A model generated the notes under the pieces. It made no database searches, was not told the DNA's origin, and saw nothing but the letters and a program-made list of their open reading frames with translations. Made by a program: the position numbers and the translations under genes. From Escherichia coli (lineage in GTDB: Bacteria; Pseudomonadota; Gammaproteobacteria; Enterobacterales; Enterobacteriaceae): a stretch of DNA of 889 bases. Every line of letters begins with the position of its first letter. Within the stretch, counting starts at the first letter, position 1. Below, piece after piece: positions 1-889 of this stretch. The stretch is from NCBI RefSeq assembly GCF_003334385.1, contig NZ_QOWN01000143.1. The stretch is one strand, 5' to 3'.

Positions 1-602
1 GACGACCACAGCGTTCTGTTCTGCAGTTGGTCCGTGGTGCTGTCCGCCGTCTCCCTGACCATCCGGATGTTAAAGGGGCGGGGAGGCAGATTATCCAGAA
101 TCACCGAGGCCAGGAACTGTGAGGTGGTCTTGCCGTTAATGGTGACATCCTTTTCTGTCACCCAGTTACCGTTACGCTGTAACTGAATCAGCAGACGGAC
201 AGAGGACGGATTACGGTCACCCTTTGACGTGGTCTCCACCAGTGACTGCACCCCGAAGGTAACCCGCAGACGGTCAATGTTCGCTGACGTGATGGTGCGC
301 GTCACCGGCTTTGCCTTCGTCACCTCCACGCCCAGTGCGGTTTCCGCCCCGGAGGACTCAAAGCCTTCCGGCGGTGTCTGCTCCTGCTCCCCGGCACGCC
401 AGACGGCGGTCACACCGTGTATCACGGGATTACCGTCCGTGTCCGTCAGCGGGGTTTTGTTCACCAGAATACTCTGCAGTCCCTTCACCGGGCCTTCTAT
501 CGGTCCCTCACCAATCGCATCAATCACACTCATCATCTGCGTGGATTTGAGATTATCCTTCGCCTCGCGCGGTGTGTGCGCCCTGCCGCCGCCTTTGCCC
601 AT
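1..602 (-). CDS. J: Host specificity protein J / tail tip central fibre protein, N-terminal 200 codons; start codon at 602..600, ORF continues beyond the left edge of the window
   Basis: Reverse complement of 1-602 is an uninterrupted reading frame: ATG at 602..600, then 200 sense codons with no stop (MGKGGGRAHTPREAKDNLKSTQMMSVIDAIGEGPIEGPVKGLQSILVNKTPLTDTDGNPVIHGVTAVWRAGEQEQTPPEGFESSGAETALGVEVTKAKPVTRTITSANIDRLRVTFGVQSLVETTSKGDRNPSSVRLLIQLQRNGNWVTEKDVTINGKTTSQFLASVILDNLPPRPFNIRMVRETADSTTDQLQNRTLWSS...). From memory this aligns colinearly with the N-terminus of phage lambda J (MGKGSSKGHTPREAKDNLKSTQLLSVIDAISEGPIEGPVDGL...TPPEGFESSG...TRTITSANIDRLRFTFGVQALVETTSKGDRNP...NLPPRPFNIRM...DSTTDQLQN.TLWSS) at high but not complete identity. 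A strong Shine-Dalgarno sits 7 nt upstream. No database search was run. Confidence 0.9.
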   Translation of the reverse strand, partial: MGKGGGRAHTPREAKDNLKSTQMMSVIDAIGEGPIEGPVKGLQSILVNKTPLTDTDGNPVIHGVTAVWRAGEQEQTPPEGFESSGAETALGVEVTKAKPVTRTITSANIDRLRVTFGVQSLVETTSKGDRNPSSVRLLIQLQRNGNWVTEKDVTINGKTTSQFLASVILDNLPPRPFNIRMVRETADSTTDQLQNRTLWS

Positions 603-606
603 TACA

Positions 607-615
607 TCACCTCTT
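607..615 (-). promoter_or_regulatory. Ribosome binding site (Shine-Dalgarno) of J
   Basis: Minus-strand sequence upstream of the ATG reads ggtAAGAGGTGAtgtaATG; the GAGG core (613..610) lies 7 nt from the start codon at 602. Confidence 0.65.
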
Positions 616-635
616 ACCGTGATAATTGTTCACTC

Positions 636-668
636 ACAAAAACAACAGGCACCCCGGAGGATGCCTGT
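636..668 (-). terminator. Rho-independent terminator-like hairpin on the tail-operon strand, about 35 nt upstream of the J start
   Basis: Minus-strand RNA: ACAGGCA-U-CC-[UCCG]-GG-G-UGCCUGU followed by UGUUUUUGUG. The 7 bp GC-rich stem (668..662 paired with 651..645) extends to about 10 bp via one U.G wobble and two C-G pairs around a 4-nt loop. On the plus strand the same hairpin is followed by ATCATGACTG (no U tract), so it is orientation-specific. Pairing was checked by hand only, not with a folding program. Confidence 0.55.
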
Positions 669-675
669 ATCATGA

Positions 676-711
676 CTGAATAAAAATTCTGAATATCTTC
701 ACATTTTCACA
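676..711. repeat. Short tandem direct repeats: CTGAATA x2 (676-682, 689-695) and TTCACA x2 (698-703, 706-711)
   Basis: Read directly from the sequence: gaCTGAATAaaaattCTGAATAtcTTCACAttTTCACAaa. The repeat periods are 13 and 8 bp. Function unknown; they overlap the candidate promoter and a CRP-like site. Confidence 0.5.
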
Positions 712-733
712 AACTGACTGTGGCGCTGATAAT
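706..733 (+). promoter_or_regulatory. Candidate sigma70 promoter firing antisense to the tail operon
   Basis: TTCACA (706-711; 5/6 to TTGACA), a 16 bp spacer, then GATAAT (728-733; 5/6 to TATAAT). Predicted transcription start near 740. It sits in the AT-rich spacer and a plus-strand terminator lies about 60-100 nt downstream. Hexamer matching only, no experimental support. Confidence 0.3.
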
Positions 734-739
734 TTCGCT

Positions 740-837
740 GCGTTAATTTTTTTTGTCGTGACATAAGAATAATTCCTTACACTTAATCTTCGTAACTCTC
801 CCGCAGTTCCTGTCCGCGATCACTGCGGGATTTTTTT
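740..837 (+). ncRNA. Candidate small antisense RNA of about 95-100 nt (hypothetical), from the predicted start near 740 to the plus-strand terminator
   Basis: No plus-strand ORF exists here: there is no ATG between 673 and 845, and GTG/TTG starts hit stops within 1-8 codons. The interval is bounded by a promoter-like element upstream and a strong intrinsic terminator downstream. I do not recognise it as a known sRNA family. Confidence 0.2.
799..837 (+). terminator. Rho-independent terminator on the plus strand (antisense to the tail genes)
   Basis: Perfect inverted repeat TCCCGCAGT (799-807) / ACTGCGGGA (822-830) gives a 9 bp stem with 6 G-C pairs around a 14-nt loop, followed immediately by TTTTTTT (831-837) and then ATTCTTTTT. 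On the minus strand the hairpin is preceded by an A-run and followed by GAGTTACGAAG, so it would not terminate tail-operon transcription. The loop is longer than typical. Confidence 0.6.
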
Positions 838-844
838 ATTCTTT

Positions 845-889
845 TTACCCCTGCCGCCCGATAACCACGACCTTTCCGCCCCCGCCTTC
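845..889 (-). CDS. C-terminal end (14 codons plus stop) of a probable tail assembly protein I homologue; gene enters from beyond the right edge
   Basis: Reverse complement of 845-889 translates as EGGGGKVVVIGRQG followed by TAA (stop at 847..845). From memory lambda I ends ...DEGDGGQVVVIGR, so the Gly-run plus VVVIGR motif matches, and I lies directly upstream of J in lambda. The fragment is very short, and the other two minus frames are also open across this edge, so the call rests on motif and synteny. Confidence 0.5.
   Translation of the reverse strand, partial: EGGGGKVVVIGRQG

Noticed and set aside
311-550. Plus-strand ORF of 79 aa from the supplied ORF track
   Set aside because: It is nested inside the J antisense strand. 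Its Arg/Pro/Ser-rich composition is typical of an antisense frame in GC-rich coding DNA, so it is treated as a shadow ORF.
600-618. ATGTAATG motif at the J start suggesting a stop-start overlap with an upstream translationally coupled gene
   Set aside because: The frame that ends at this TAA (606..604) is open for only 3 sense codons (GAG GTG ATG) before the preceding in-frame TAA at 618..616, so no upstream gene terminates here. The I-like ORF ends much further upstream at 845.
603-645. Possible dedicated J promoter between the minus-strand terminator and the J RBS
   Set aside because: Only about 35 nt are available. The best hexamers (TTGTTT with TATCAC or AATTAT) match consensus poorly and have suboptimal spacing. 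Read-through from upstream is the simpler explanation.
614-673. 19-codon minus-strand ORF (MIQASSGVPVVFVSEQLSR) starting at 673..671
   Set aside because: It overlaps the terminator hairpin and the J Shine-Dalgarno and has no RBS of its own; most likely a chance ORF.
229-675. Plus-strand ORF of 148 aa from the supplied ORF track
   Set aside because: It lies entirely antisense to the well-supported J reading frame and only ends once it leaves J. The translation is Pro/Ser/Arg/Val-rich and low in complexity, typical of a shadow ORF opposite a GC-rich gene, with no recognisable motif and no convincing RBS.
417-683. Plus-strand ORF of 88 aa from the supplied ORF track
   Set aside because: It is antisense to J for most of its length and merely runs on into the spacer to the first stop. 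There is no start-site support, so it is treated as a shadow ORF.
783-889. Alternative minus-strand frames at the right edge, ending at stops 822..820 and 785..783
   Set aside because: Both would run through the terminator hairpin and A-run and give Arg/Lys-rich low-complexity sequence. The frame ending at 847..845 gives a Gly-run plus VVVIGR tail that matches the remembered lambda I C-terminus and has a stop just before the AT-rich spacer.
603-889. Checked for CRISPR repeats, IS element terminal inverted repeats, att-site-like repeats or a tRNA
   Set aside because: The only repeats are 6-7 bp tandem motifs and the two terminator stems. There are no long inverted repeats, no regularly spaced repeat-spacer units and no cloverleaf-compatible GC-rich segment.

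Overview
This window is the I-J junction of a lambda-like (lambdoid siphovirus or prophage) tail gene cluster, encoded on the minus strand. Positions 602..1 encode the first 200 codons of a host-specificity / central tail fibre protein J homologue, which runs off the left edge. Positions 889..845 encode the last 14 codons plus stop of what is most likely the tail assembly protein I homologue. Between them lies a 242 bp AT-rich non-coding spacer (603-844) that I recall being much shorter in lambda itself. It holds two oppositely oriented intrinsic-terminator-like hairpins, short tandem direct repeats, a CRP-like site and a plausible sigma70 promoter firing antisense to the tail operon. Together these suggest a small antisense RNA unit or moron-like insertion, which is the only candidate for anything new here; the rest is an ordinary phage tail region. 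The three plus-strand ORFs in the supplied track are antisense shadow ORFs of J and are not called. No CRISPR array, IS element, tRNA or rRNA is visible. Host appears enterobacterial from codon usage, but that is inference only.
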